Assembly (NCBI GenBank): GCA_905178155.1
Contig: CAJINV010000002.1
Span: 13,093,295-13,157,294 of the forward strand
Direction: 5' to 3'
Length of the DNA stretch: 64,000 bases
Source of the DNA: Amoebophrya sp. A120
Taxonomy: Eukaryota > Protista > Dinoflagellata
Below, in pieces: positions 50,201-62,200 of the stretch (position 1 is the first letter of the stretch; every line of letters starts with the position of its first letter). The notes under the pieces were generated by a model. It did not search any database and had not been told where the DNA came from. It saw only the letters and a program-made list of their open reading frames with translations. The translations under genes were made by a program, and so were the position numbers.

Positions 50201-53200
50201 GGCGCACAGCCAACCGGACCTAGCAGTTCGCGGTTGTCCAGTCAACAAGCGACGGGCGCCTCTTCTGATGAAAATTTCGCCAACACAGCCTATGTCAGCA
50301 TGAATGTGCTTTGGACAGCTTTGGATGCTGCGCTTTCCGAGGACAACGAGATTGAACTATTGCCATGGCTTCAGAAGGCCATGGAACCCGAAATCAGGAA
50401 AGAGACGATCTCGGAGCAGGACCAGCCCTTCTGGCGTGCTGTCCGCTTTGCGGCGGTGCAACGATACGTATTTCATCACAATGTGAGCCCAAGCCCAACG
50501 GTGCTCGACAAGATCTGGGAAATCATCAAACGCTCCGCTGAAAAGGAAAAACTTGACATCTCATCTGGATTGCGCCGTGTGCTGAACTACTGCCGAAGCT
50601 GGGCCCAGGGTATCATGAGTAAAAGCCCCCCGCCGTCCCCATGGGCATGTTGCTCAAAGGAAGCTGGCTCGCACCTGAACATGTGCACAAAATCGAGTTG
50701 ACTTGTCTTCCAAGACGTTCAAGTACTTATCAGGCATTTTTCACTTCCAAGCGAGGGCGACCCGTCGTACTATTCTGTTATCGTGCAGATCTTGTAGGCG
50801 AGTGGTGGCTGCAGTGCCAAGGACTACTCAGCACGCGTCTGTTGAATTGCCATGGTTCTTCTGTGACCGACTGTATGTAGCGCTAGCCATGCTCAGAATT
50901 ATGCCGACAATTTTTCTTCTCTGTTCCAGGGCGGGGGAGGTTTTTTTAGTGTGATACAGTGCGAAATCACGTTCCCGCCAGATGACGGCGTTGACGCCGA
51001 CGGTCTACAGGAGCAAGTTGCGCAATCTGGTTCAACAGGTGGGGTTGCGACGCAACGTCACCTGGTTGATCACAAGTCTCATATCACATAGAAAAGCAAA
51101 CCCTACCGGCAAAAAGAGCTGCCTCGATCAATTGCGTTTTCGATACTAGATATGTTTTGCATTGAGTGCCCTGCTGTAGTAGCGCAACGCTGACAAATCG
51201 GGACGTATTTTCTGTCATGTTAAACGAACACTGCTGAAATTCGGACTAGCAGTCGGCAATGCAAAAATCCACAAGAAATATCTGTAGAGCTGTGCCCGAA
51301 GAGCGGTCTGGAATGCACGAGCCGCTAGCACGTCGCTAAGACAGCAAAAAGCATGCGGCTTCGGAGTCCGCGTGACCCGCTAATTGCAGAAGGTGGCTGC
51401 GGGTTGCGAAAGGAAAGAGCGGGTCGCTTCGTATTTCTGTTCGGCCTGAACAAAATGTACTGGATCTGATCTGACGAGTTTGCTTTTCTCTGCGATACTT
51501 TCCGCACGAGGATCAGCAGCGCAAGTGGAAGGGACGCATCTTGACGGGGATGCCGACGACCGGCTTGCTGCGATCTCGTTCGTGCTGCGTTTGGCGATGG
51601 TTCACCTGCTTCCACAGATGGATGCTATTACTACCGACCACGAAATATCTCTGCTGCACGCCCTGAGCCCCACGAAACTTACGAATTACGACAATCTCTG
51701 GCTGCCTGGAATGTCTGGCTCCGAGGATATCGCAGCGGAGGTGTACACGGTGCATCAGTCTCAGGTCGAAACAAAGTCGAGGCATTATCGCGGTGACGGA
51801 AGGTCTCAAATCGAACGAATTACTTCAATTGTCCGCCACAGAGCCTGCAGGAGGTTCATACATGTCGGTGCTTGTGGTGGTTTAGGGAATGACGATGGGC
51901 GCCTTTGCACTGTTTGTGGCGGAAGGATTGGCGGAGGTCACGGAGAAATGACGGATGCACATGGCAACGAGTTGCCCGCTGACGACCCCAGAAAGATCGG
52001 CACCTTGAGCAACGAGTTGGTGTACGGAACAGCGTACTTCATCGACGTCAGGGGCATTGGAGAATCACGCGGGTCGAGTTTGGACGCGCTAAGGGAGGAA
52101 GGCCCCACGGGAGACGTGTTGGCAGACAATGATGGGATATTTGATAGAGCGGCTATTAGTTGGCAGCGCCATTCATCGCGGGCCCGGCGAAGTTTACCGG
52201 AAGACCGACGCGAGAGCGCGCTGAAAGAGAACGACTTCACGCCCGAAGAAGACCTGACTCGGCCGGAAACTGTGGCTCGCAGAGACTACAGCTACTCCCG
52301 TCTGTACTCTTGGGGGCCCCGGCGCGACGTAGGGCGTACGGAGCGGCAGCTACTCTTGGCGCTCGTGCACGCAAGCCGTGTGCTTACGGACATCGTTATT
52401 GGACCAGGTAGAAGCTCCGCGGAATCTGGAAGTCTATCTGCGCCAGCTGGATCAAGCGGCGGTGACGCTCGTGCCTTTGGTCACAGTGCCGCAGTAGATG
52501 AGCTGACTCATCTCTCTGCTGCGAGTGAGGATCTGCTGCTCGACGTGCGATTTTTCCGGGATCGGTTGCGCAGCGAAGACGGGGTAGATCTGACGGCCCT
52601 TGGTATAGCCGCGGTGTTTCAGCACGTTGCCAGTAATATCGAGAAGGCAGTGGACCTACGGGATGTCGTCCGCCTTGACAATGAGGCAAAGGCAGAGATC
52701 GGCGCGACGTGGAACAACGACCCGAACGACCCCAAGATTGCCTCAGTGTATGAGAACCCCAGTCTGGCAACCAATAAGCCTGAGGTGCGCACGAGCTCCG
52801 TCGCAGACTACCTTCCGTATTTTCAAAGTTTCACTACAACGAAGCACCGGAGGTATTGGGAGCGCGAGGCCCTTCGCCGCGTCGTGCGCCCAGTGCTTCC
52901 CGACTGCCCGGACGCGCAAAAGGCGATGCTGAAGCCGTTCCATGACGCAGCGACCAAGATCTTGAAGGTGCAAGGACCTCCAAAACGGGCCCACCAATGG
53001 TTGGAGGAGAACAAAAAGGCGGAGGGCGAAGCGTTTCAGGACTGGCCCGACCCGGCAGAAAGCGAGCAGAAAATCGAGAGCCGTTTGGCAAGGGGTTTCG
53101 AAATCGAAAACATTGTTCGGGCGCGCCTTGAGGCTACTAGAAATCGCCATCTCTCGGACAGTACTGTAAAGCAGGTTGCACCTCTGAAAATTTTTGGCAC

Positions 53201-56200
53201 TTTATTTGGGTCCTTCTCCAGTAACGCGACAAACTGGCGCATGCAGCTCTTCAGAGCGCTGAATGGACCCACTTTAATCTTCCCGGCACTTCGCCTGTGG
53301 TCACATCTAACCCAATGCCTCGAGGCAAGCCGCTACTCCCCACGCAAAGCATTTGGTGCTGTGCTCGATGATCTAGCTTCGCAAGGTCCCGAGAGAAACG
53401 GCGGCTTTACGGCTACGGACTTGCGCGCGGGAAAGATCGCTGCCGCATGTTTGATCCAGCTCGCCGCCGACAAGAACGCACTTCCAGCGTTAGAGGGCGA
53501 CAGCAATACGACTTGCGTCGACTTTCTTCGCGTTTCAGGAGCGGGCGTTGAACCACGGAGCCGCTATCTCAACAAGGTCTGGAGTCAAACCCTGCAGGAG
53601 CTGTTTGGGTTAGGTGGCAAAATGGAAAAGGCGTTTCAAGAGGTGGTAAATTTACAAAATGAGTTGCTGGTCCATGCTCGCCAGTCCGGCTACATTTCCC
53701 CTGAATCTTGGCGCAGCAAGCGACCACGTCCATTGCAGTCTCTTTCTGCAGCAGACGGTGATGGAGAAGTGTTTGGGACGCGCGACAGCTACAGGTTTTG
53801 GGATGAGCTCGTTGCGCACGCCAACTTACACAAAACTGGGGTAGGCCGTGTGACATTGAATCAGGACGAGAACAAAGACGCCGAGCTTGTTGAGAGGTTG
53901 GAGCGCACTTTCTACGCTTTATACTTGGCTGACCGGGGGTTGCTTGCATTCCGCGAGGACGAAAACGGGACCCATGATGTCCAAGGCGGCGCCACGAGCG
54001 AAGGTGGCTGGCAAGTTGAAGGAATGGACGTGGCAGCACCCTCTCCCAGTGGCGCGATGGGCCCGAATGCCGGGACCGACGATTACCCCGAACTCAGGCA
54101 GCGTCTTCTCTTTGATTTTTACGACGTGCCCGGCCCGCTCAAGTTGATCAACGAGTTTTGCAAGGAGATGCTGACTGCGCCCACCGGGGAAGTTCCGGAC
54201 CTGACAATCCCGCTGAAGGATATGGGCATCATCTCCCGGCTCTTGCAGAAGCAGTTCCTGCACGAACATAGTCAGCGCGTAGCAGAAGCGGTTTCCGCGC
54301 AGAGTCACGCACTGTTCGAAACAAGCGCGAGGAACAGGGAAGATCGCATGTCGCAAGTCTCTGACTGGATTGCGCAGACGCAGCAACAGCCTGCCGGCGC
54401 CACAGATGAAACGGCTCATGCTCCCGATGCCGATCCTGTCGCATCGCCGCGTGGCATTGCCCGGGGGTTGCGCTCTCGTGCCGATGGGCCCGTAAGAGAA
54501 AACGCGCGCACTTCCGAATTGGAAAGCGCGTGCTTCACGTCACCTGCAGTTTCGGAGTGGAAACGGTATGCAACAACGCAGCTGCAGGAGTATTTCAAGG
54601 CGACCTTGCAACTACAGCTGACCTCCGCCAGTCTGCTAAAGTATTTTGAGGATGGCAAGAAAAAATGGAATCAGAAAATCACGGCAAGCCAAATATTCAT
54701 GTTGGAACGGTGGCTGCGCATCAAAAATCACAACACTGCCCGGACCTTTTTGCCTAGTTTTTTTTGGGCCGCGTTGCACGAGGAATGGAAGACGGAGGAC
54801 CCGGAATTACCGGGCCAGGGTGCAGATCAGGACCCGGAAGAGCGAGAAGCGAAGGTGAAAGAAAAGCTTCAGCACTACTACCACCATTACCCGAGTCATT
54901 TTTTTGAAAAAGCCTCGGGGCAGCAATATCTCGCCCGCGCCGCGGCAAGTTTCCTGCCGGAGCAGCACCGCCTGAAGTCACGAGCGGCAGGGAGAGCGTA
55001 TGAGAGTGGTCCAGGGTGGGAAATATTCATGAAAGCGAGTAGATGAGCATACCACAATGAGCATGATTTTTGACACTGTGCGTTAGCGTGAGTGTGTTAT
55101 TTCCGACCCATCGACTGCTCTTTATGGTATTCTTCATTCGTGATCATGCCGACGACGCACGTGCAGACTTCTTCACTAAGATGACTGCTCAGACTTCGAC
55201 TTTTGATTTTGCATCGCACACTAATCATTTCGGAAAGTACTTCCCATCGCCTGATATGGCCTGCATACTGAAGAATACGAATGCATCTTGCAGATCTGGC
55301 GCGGGCTGACACACGAGGCTGAACGCAACCCACCGGGGATCTCAAACTCCTCCCAGAAGACAAGCAAATTCCGTTATGAACAGGCAGTCTCGGAACGCCG
55401 CAAATACACGAAGATGTTGAGGGACGGCAGTTCGGGTTCGGATTCCGAAAGTGTCGATGTCTCCTGCCTTTCGGAAGAAAACAAAGGCTGTGCACCCGAC
55501 GACCCGGGCGATAAGGCGCCCGAAAGTCCTGTAATCTCTCCCGAGGAAGAGGGACGCTTGCCAGTTTCGCAGTACGTCTTTCGCCGTTGTGAGTCGCTCG
55601 GCTTGGATGAGCGTAAGTTCGTTTGGGAAACAGCGAAGCGTGTCTTGGAGTCTGGCCGAGCTCAGCAAATCACTTTGGCGCTGCACCACCTCGCCCAACA
55701 TTGGGTCGCGCACGAGACCCGCGTTGGCGAGATCCCGAAAAAAGATTTGATACGACCAAATAATCGCTTCTTTGAACTGCGCGATCTTTTTGTGCAGTAT
55801 TTCGCACTAGAGAAGGGACCTGAAGTCCTGGAATACGCGGACGCGCTTTTTTTTCAGACCACTGGCCGATCTGCGCAAGACGCCGAGCAGAGCGTGCGAA
55901 GCGCTCTCGGACGCATCACCACTACTGCAAGCAATCGACCCCCCATTTCCATACTCAAAAGAATTTGCTAGATCATAAATCGTGTAAGTAGCTCGGCTCA
56001 GTACTCCTCAGACTTGATGCGTCCTTTCCTTATAGACACTGCCTCGCACGATAACTGTGGTGGGTAGGGCAGCTTTGTTGTGTCATACTTAGTTGAAAAG
56101 GCGAATTCTTGCGGCTTACTTGCTAATTTGTTGCCACCGCGCTCGTTCTCCCCCTGCAAGGTAGGGCTCTCGGACACAAAGAGGTCACTTGCATGCACAG

Positions 56201-59200
56201 GTCATGATCGGAAGCATCCCGGTTGCGAAAAAACCATGGAACGAACGCCACGCAAATTTTTCTATAAGTAGTACTTATGGGGCGGGTTTTTTCTTTCGCT
56301 TGATACACTCCGAGCTCTCACTGTGCCTGCTGGAGGAGCTTGTCCACATTTTCGAAAAGGCCGATGATGGAAAGACTTCCGTGGCTCGCCAGCAGATGGA
56401 GATCAACTACAGCCGGGCTCGCGAGCAGCAAGAAAAAGCCAACGACCCAACACCAGTGGTCGAACTCGGGCGTCAGCAATGTGAAACAGACCCTCCTAAT
56501 TCGTTTGAGGGCAGCAGTCAAGGTGTCTCTGTAGCAGAAACAAGTGCTGGCGTGGCGAGCGATGAAGAAGCAGAGGTGGTGGGCCAACAAGAGGCGGCAC
56601 AGCAGGAAAACATCGGCGATCAGGGCGGCGACGCGGGGGTTATGTTCCAAGCCTCTGCTGCCCGTGGCGTGCGACACCCAGCTGCGTGCTATTCGCTGTC
56701 TTCCGGTGCAAGTTCAGTCGGCGGAGACGAGGACATGGGCGTCACGATGGACGAATATCAGTTACCGCGAAGCCAGGACGCCACGGGGGGCGCCCCGCGG
56801 CGATTCTTCTCGCCGACAGTAGAGGAATCGCACGAAGCTTCTATCGCTGATTTTGACGCCAGAAAAATAACGCCAACAAGGGCGGAGAGGCGAAGTGCGG
56901 TCCAGCAGAAGCCAGAGGTGTCGGGCGATGCCGTAAACCCAGGAACTAGTACAAGAACAAAGATCAGCGGAGCAGTGCAAACGGGCCAATATGGGGTAAG
57001 ATATCGGAACGATTTCGAGGTAACGCATGAACCTCTCTTGCTGCCCGAGAATAGTTTGGACGACGCCGTTCCTGCAGCACTGGTTGGAGTCCCGAACGCA
57101 GGTTCACTCTATCAGTATGTCGCTGCGCCCGCACAAGCACCTACCTCAAATCCACTGCACACTTTGCAGGACCACAGCGAACGCGCCAGCATCTTCAAAA
57201 GTGTACTCATACGATGGAAGAAAGCTTGGGGACTTACGGAGGCAAGCGACCTGTCCTCTGCCTTGCCTCAGCCGTTGCGCGCTGTGCTGGACACCGTGCT
57301 CGAGGCCATTGTCGACGCGCACGCAGAAGACGGACAGTCAGCGAAATTCTTTGAGATAGATGAAACCACTGAGAGGACGGACGAGAGTCTACGTTTAGTT
57401 TACGCCAGTGCAAGCGAAGCATATACAAAAGCCGCCTTCCGACAGGAGATGCGGGCCGCAGAAGTAATTCATGCCTTGGCTGTGCATCCAGCTGGGCACG
57501 TAGACGTGTCCAAGCCTGAACTAAATATGGATGAGCTGTGTGACAAGGCTGCGAAGGAGTTGTGGGGCAATATCTTCGCCAGTCGCGGCTCCAGTGGAGA
57601 ATCCCATGAACAACTCCCAGAACTTCTTCGCAGAAGCCATCCCGGCTTCGTTGCGGAATTCCAGCAAAAGATGCTAGAAATGACGAGGGCACCTAGAACG
57701 CGGAAAATGCTGGATACATTTGCAGCCGTGCTTTATTCCCAGGCTCTAAACACCAAGTTTTTCAAAGACAAGATGCAGGGAGGAGAGGAGTTTGAGAATG
57801 GCGGGGCAAATCTCATCAAGTCCATGGATACACTGGGACAGTACCTACACTACAAGGTTATCACGAAGCCGAAGCGCCATTCACAGGATTTGAGAAATGC
57901 TTTCAATGCGCTATTCGCTGAGGCCGAAGACGAGCCTGGGCCACTGTTCGAGCTGGAAAAAGTGGCGAAAAGCCATTTTGCAGATGTGTTGCCACCTCCT
58001 CGAGGCGCTGCCGACCCTCATGAGGCGGGCGGGAGTGATATTTACCTGCGCCCCGAGCAGCCCGAAGAAGGCGGAGAGACTACTGATTTTATCCGACAAG
58101 GGAAGTGGTGGATATTTGCTACCCGCATCGCGTGGGCGATGCGACTGCGAAAGTATCCGAGCAAATTAGCTTGGAGCCGCTTTCTCCAGAGTGAGGAAGG
58201 AGCTGGCGCCGAAATGCAAATGGTTGATCTTTCTAGGATCACGCTCGATTTATACCAGCGCAGCTTGGCGAGCACGTCGGACCGCGGATTTTTGGCGCGA
58301 CACCGTGTGGCATCAGCGACTCATTTGAAGCTGGTCAAGCTTCTGTGCATCTTGCCGACAGGATATGTGTTCGGGCCGGTTCACCCAGCCAGTGTTGCAG
58401 AAAAGAGTTCATCTGGGCTCGCTTCGATGCCGCAGTTTCCGGAGACGCACACAGCAGACGCCGTGGAGAACCTTGAAGGCCTTGCGAGACATTTAAGGGA
58501 TACGCGACTCGGGCTAGCGCCCATCGTCTTGGCGATCGTCGAACAGAAATCGGGCGATGCGGTGAACAGGACCATCGCGGGGTATCTCCAGGTGACAAAG
58601 ATACAGAAACTAGACCGAGTGCTGGTGCCTGCTACTTCCGAGGAGGAAGCCGAATCGGAGACCGACTCCGTTCCTCCGCAGCGCGGTGCGGTAACGAGAA
58701 TGTCTGCATCTTCCAAGGAGGAAGCCGAGTCGGATGCCGAGTCGGAGACCGACTCCGTTCCTCCGCAGCGCCGCGCGGTGCCGAGAATGCCTGCATCTTG
58801 CGAGGAGGGTAAGGGCCCCGAGTCGGACAGCAACGGCGTTGTGCCTCCGGGAGAAGGGCTGGACACTGAGTCAGCAATGTTGGCTGCCAAGATGCGGACG
58901 CTTTCCCTCGTCTCTGAAACAGGAGTTGGAGACCCGGAAAATTTTGCTTCTGGTGGATGTGGATCTGTTGCGCTGGGAGGCGGTCGCCAAGTGCCTCCAA
59001 CCTGCACTGGGGGCGCGGAAAATGCTCTGTGGGGTGCCAACAACTCGTCGAGAGCTAATGAAGAGCAATCCGCGGGGCACCACACTGAGCCTGGCCATCC
59101 CACAGGAGATAACACCACGGACGATGTGGATATGTCAGGTCCAAAGTTTGACGGCGGCGGCGACAGCGCGCCAGCGCCGGAAGATTCAAGCAGTGTTCAA

Positions 59201-62200
59201 GCGATTTTAGACGAGGAGCGGAAACGGGACATAGCGATACACCCGGAGCGCCTCAAGCCAAATGCAAATTGGTCTACGTTGTTTGCATCCATTGGCGATC
59301 ATAGCCGCCAAGAACCACTGCTGGAGTACAGGGTCGTTCTACAGCCCGACGGGCTTGGAAGAGAGAAAACGGGCCATCGCGCTAGCAATGGCCGTGGCGA
59401 AGAATTGATGTATTCAGAGACTGAGTTGCAGTGGCTGTTTGCTGGAGCGGTTGGAACTTTCGTCGACAGTTACATAGCGGAGCACGAACTGGAAGAAGAC
59501 CACGCGCAGAAGTTGAAACAGCACCAGTCTCAGATACAAAATGAGTCGAAAGAGCAATTGCTCAATCTCTCCCAGAGCTCTTCGCGGGTTCCCTTTCTGT
59601 ACAATTATCAAGCGCCGCTGCTGGAAGCGGAGCCGCCTCGTTGGCTGGAGCAGTACGGACAGGAAGGAGCAGCTGCGTTTTTGGAATTTCGAGCTACGCC
59701 TCGGACGGCGCGGCGCGATCCTAACGCTAAGCAGGAACACCAACAGCCCGCAGGTGCGTCCGAACCGTCCGCACCACAGCCAGCTTCTCCGAGTAACAGT
59801 GGCAACGAAAACGGCGCGGCTCTCGCCGCGTTACATTCTGATTTTTACCGGTACCTTGACTCTAAGGAGGGCAAGATACTGAAGACAGAAGGAGAGTGCG
59901 GAAGGATGTCTGCAGACGAGGCGATTATAGATCCCCAGTCTCAGATCATATCCTCAACAAAAACGTCTCTACCCCATTGCCAAGATCGTAAATCTGGTTT
60001 GGCTGTTGCGCATGACAAATTTGCGCTCCCAGTGGAGTTATGTCTCTGTTTACCACGACAAATATGGGAGTGGTGTCTCGGTGTCCCCCTGACCGACCTG
60101 TCCAGCGTGACAGGCATCTGTGGCCGTTTGTACAGGGGGACGCAAGGTGCGGCGCACTTCTGTTTACTAGCATGACAAATTATAGGTATGGGGTGGAGAC
60201 GTTTTGACTCAGGATAGACCGGAGATGAGATTCAGTGGTATTGGCTGGACACGGACTCATATGGAGGAAAGCAAAGTGTGGCTAGTTGTATCACTTTTTT
60301 GGGAGGCGAGCATTGCAAATCTCTCATGCACAGATAATCGGCATGGGAAAACGCATATGAATGTCCAACGACGCTTAGCAAGAATGACAGGCGCAACCCC
60401 CTTGCATGTTTCGCATCACAGACCTACACTAGCACGCACGCTTTGGCTCTTGCATAACTCCACGAATAACACTTGCGGAATGAACTCCTTGCTTGCTTTG
60501 GAAGAGGAGAACCGCCCTCGCATAGATTATGCGGGTCAACTAGTAATGAAGCTGAAGATCGAAAACGAAAATCCCAGGGAGCGCTTCGCCCGAAAGATTC
60601 GAACGCTGTGCCGCGGTGATGAGGCGAACTTGGCGAGACGCATCCGTGAGATCTTTGACGAACACTCGACCCTTGTGGCCACTGCTCATCCAGCAGAATA
60701 CCGCGGGCAGAACGATGTGGCGGCCCTGCAAACTTTCAGCCGCGACTTTCAGGTCGCGGAAAGAGTTGAGCAGACACTCTGGCAAATTGTTGACGACTAC
60801 CACAAGAACCACGAGAGGCAGGGCCACAACATTAGAATCAAACTCCTGGAATACGACTCTGTGGCAACAGGATGGCTCACCTCAAAAGAGAATGCCCTTC
60901 TACGAGATGGGCACGCGAATATTGTACAGCTGCGCGACATCATCGAAGACCACTTGCTCGACGCGAAGAACAGCTTCGCCTGGAACGGCGCAAAGTGTCA
61001 CTGGAATTCGCTGCGCGGATTCATCGAGGAGTGGGCGTATCACAAAGAAAAGCATGGCCATAACTGATCTCTGATCGAACAGGCCGCGCCTGGAATGACC
61101 GGCAACAACAAAAGCAAGGAGTTCCACTTCAGCATGCCGATTTTCCAGCATTCCCCCTAGTCGTGATGTTTATTTCAAATTACAACGTGACGCTCTCTTA
61201 GTCTCAGCAAGGCTTCGACGCGGTTTTTTTAATTCTGAGAATAGGACTTTTGTCTGCGTTTTGCAAAACAGATCGATGAGTATTCCTATTTCAGAATCAT
61301 GCAGCGCGAAAAATAGTGAGCCTATAGCAGCACAATCCAAATATGATGGAGCATGATATAGCTTAGCTTGCTGTTCGTTTTCTTTGTGATGACGCTGAGG
61401 GAGCCGCGGAGAAGTTAGTTTCGAAACAGGTTGCGGATCTATTATGGGAAAACTATCCACCGCGTTCCGACAGAGAAGAGCTGTGGAAGGAGTATTTCTT
61501 GGAAAATTTCGATCACTTTGTTGATCAAAACGGCAATGCGGATGTGGGACGAGCGCCGCCACTGTTCGCGCGGGTCTGGGATGGTGTAGATAAAGGTTTG
61601 CTTTTGTCGACGTCGCTTGCGGAACTTTTTCCGAGGGACTCTTTGAAGAGAAGACTAGTAGACCGGCAGAGCCGGCCGCTACTGGAATCAATAGCCCTGC
61701 TTGTGCTGTGGCAAGCGCGTTTCCAGTCGTTTGTCGGCAAGATGAAGACGTCTGCGTTTCAAGTTCATCGCCGCCTATTCGCAAATCCGGATGGTGACGC
61801 GGGTGAAGACCTGTTCACCCTGACGCTGAAGCAGTACCTCAGCTACGTCACGATGCCTGGAGCGGCTTTTCCGCACCTGAAAGACGAGCTGCAGTTGCCT
61901 GCTTATGTTGCGATTTTGATGGGGCAGCACGATTTGGCCGCGGTGTTTGACGCAGACCAAGAGCGAGCGGAGAAGCGCGGCGTTGTTGTGCACCAGGAAA
62001 ATGTCCGCGAGGCCATGGCGAAGTGGCGCTATGCGACGACCTTTGGGGTCAGGCTATCGATAGCAAACATGTCCCGTGGTTTGGAAGATGCTCGGATACT
62101 TTTGATGCCGAGGCATTTTTTTCCTACAGAAGTGCTGTTGAGTCTAGCTGATCCAAATTTAGCACGCAGCGAAGAATACTTTACTCATCATGAAGGCACT

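Noticed and set aside
60204-60480. N-terminal part of ORF 60204 as real protein, and TAG 60215 as a recoded stop
   Set aside because: Better explained by a 52-nt exon in another frame between two IR-bounded introns, with the TAG as the acceptor.
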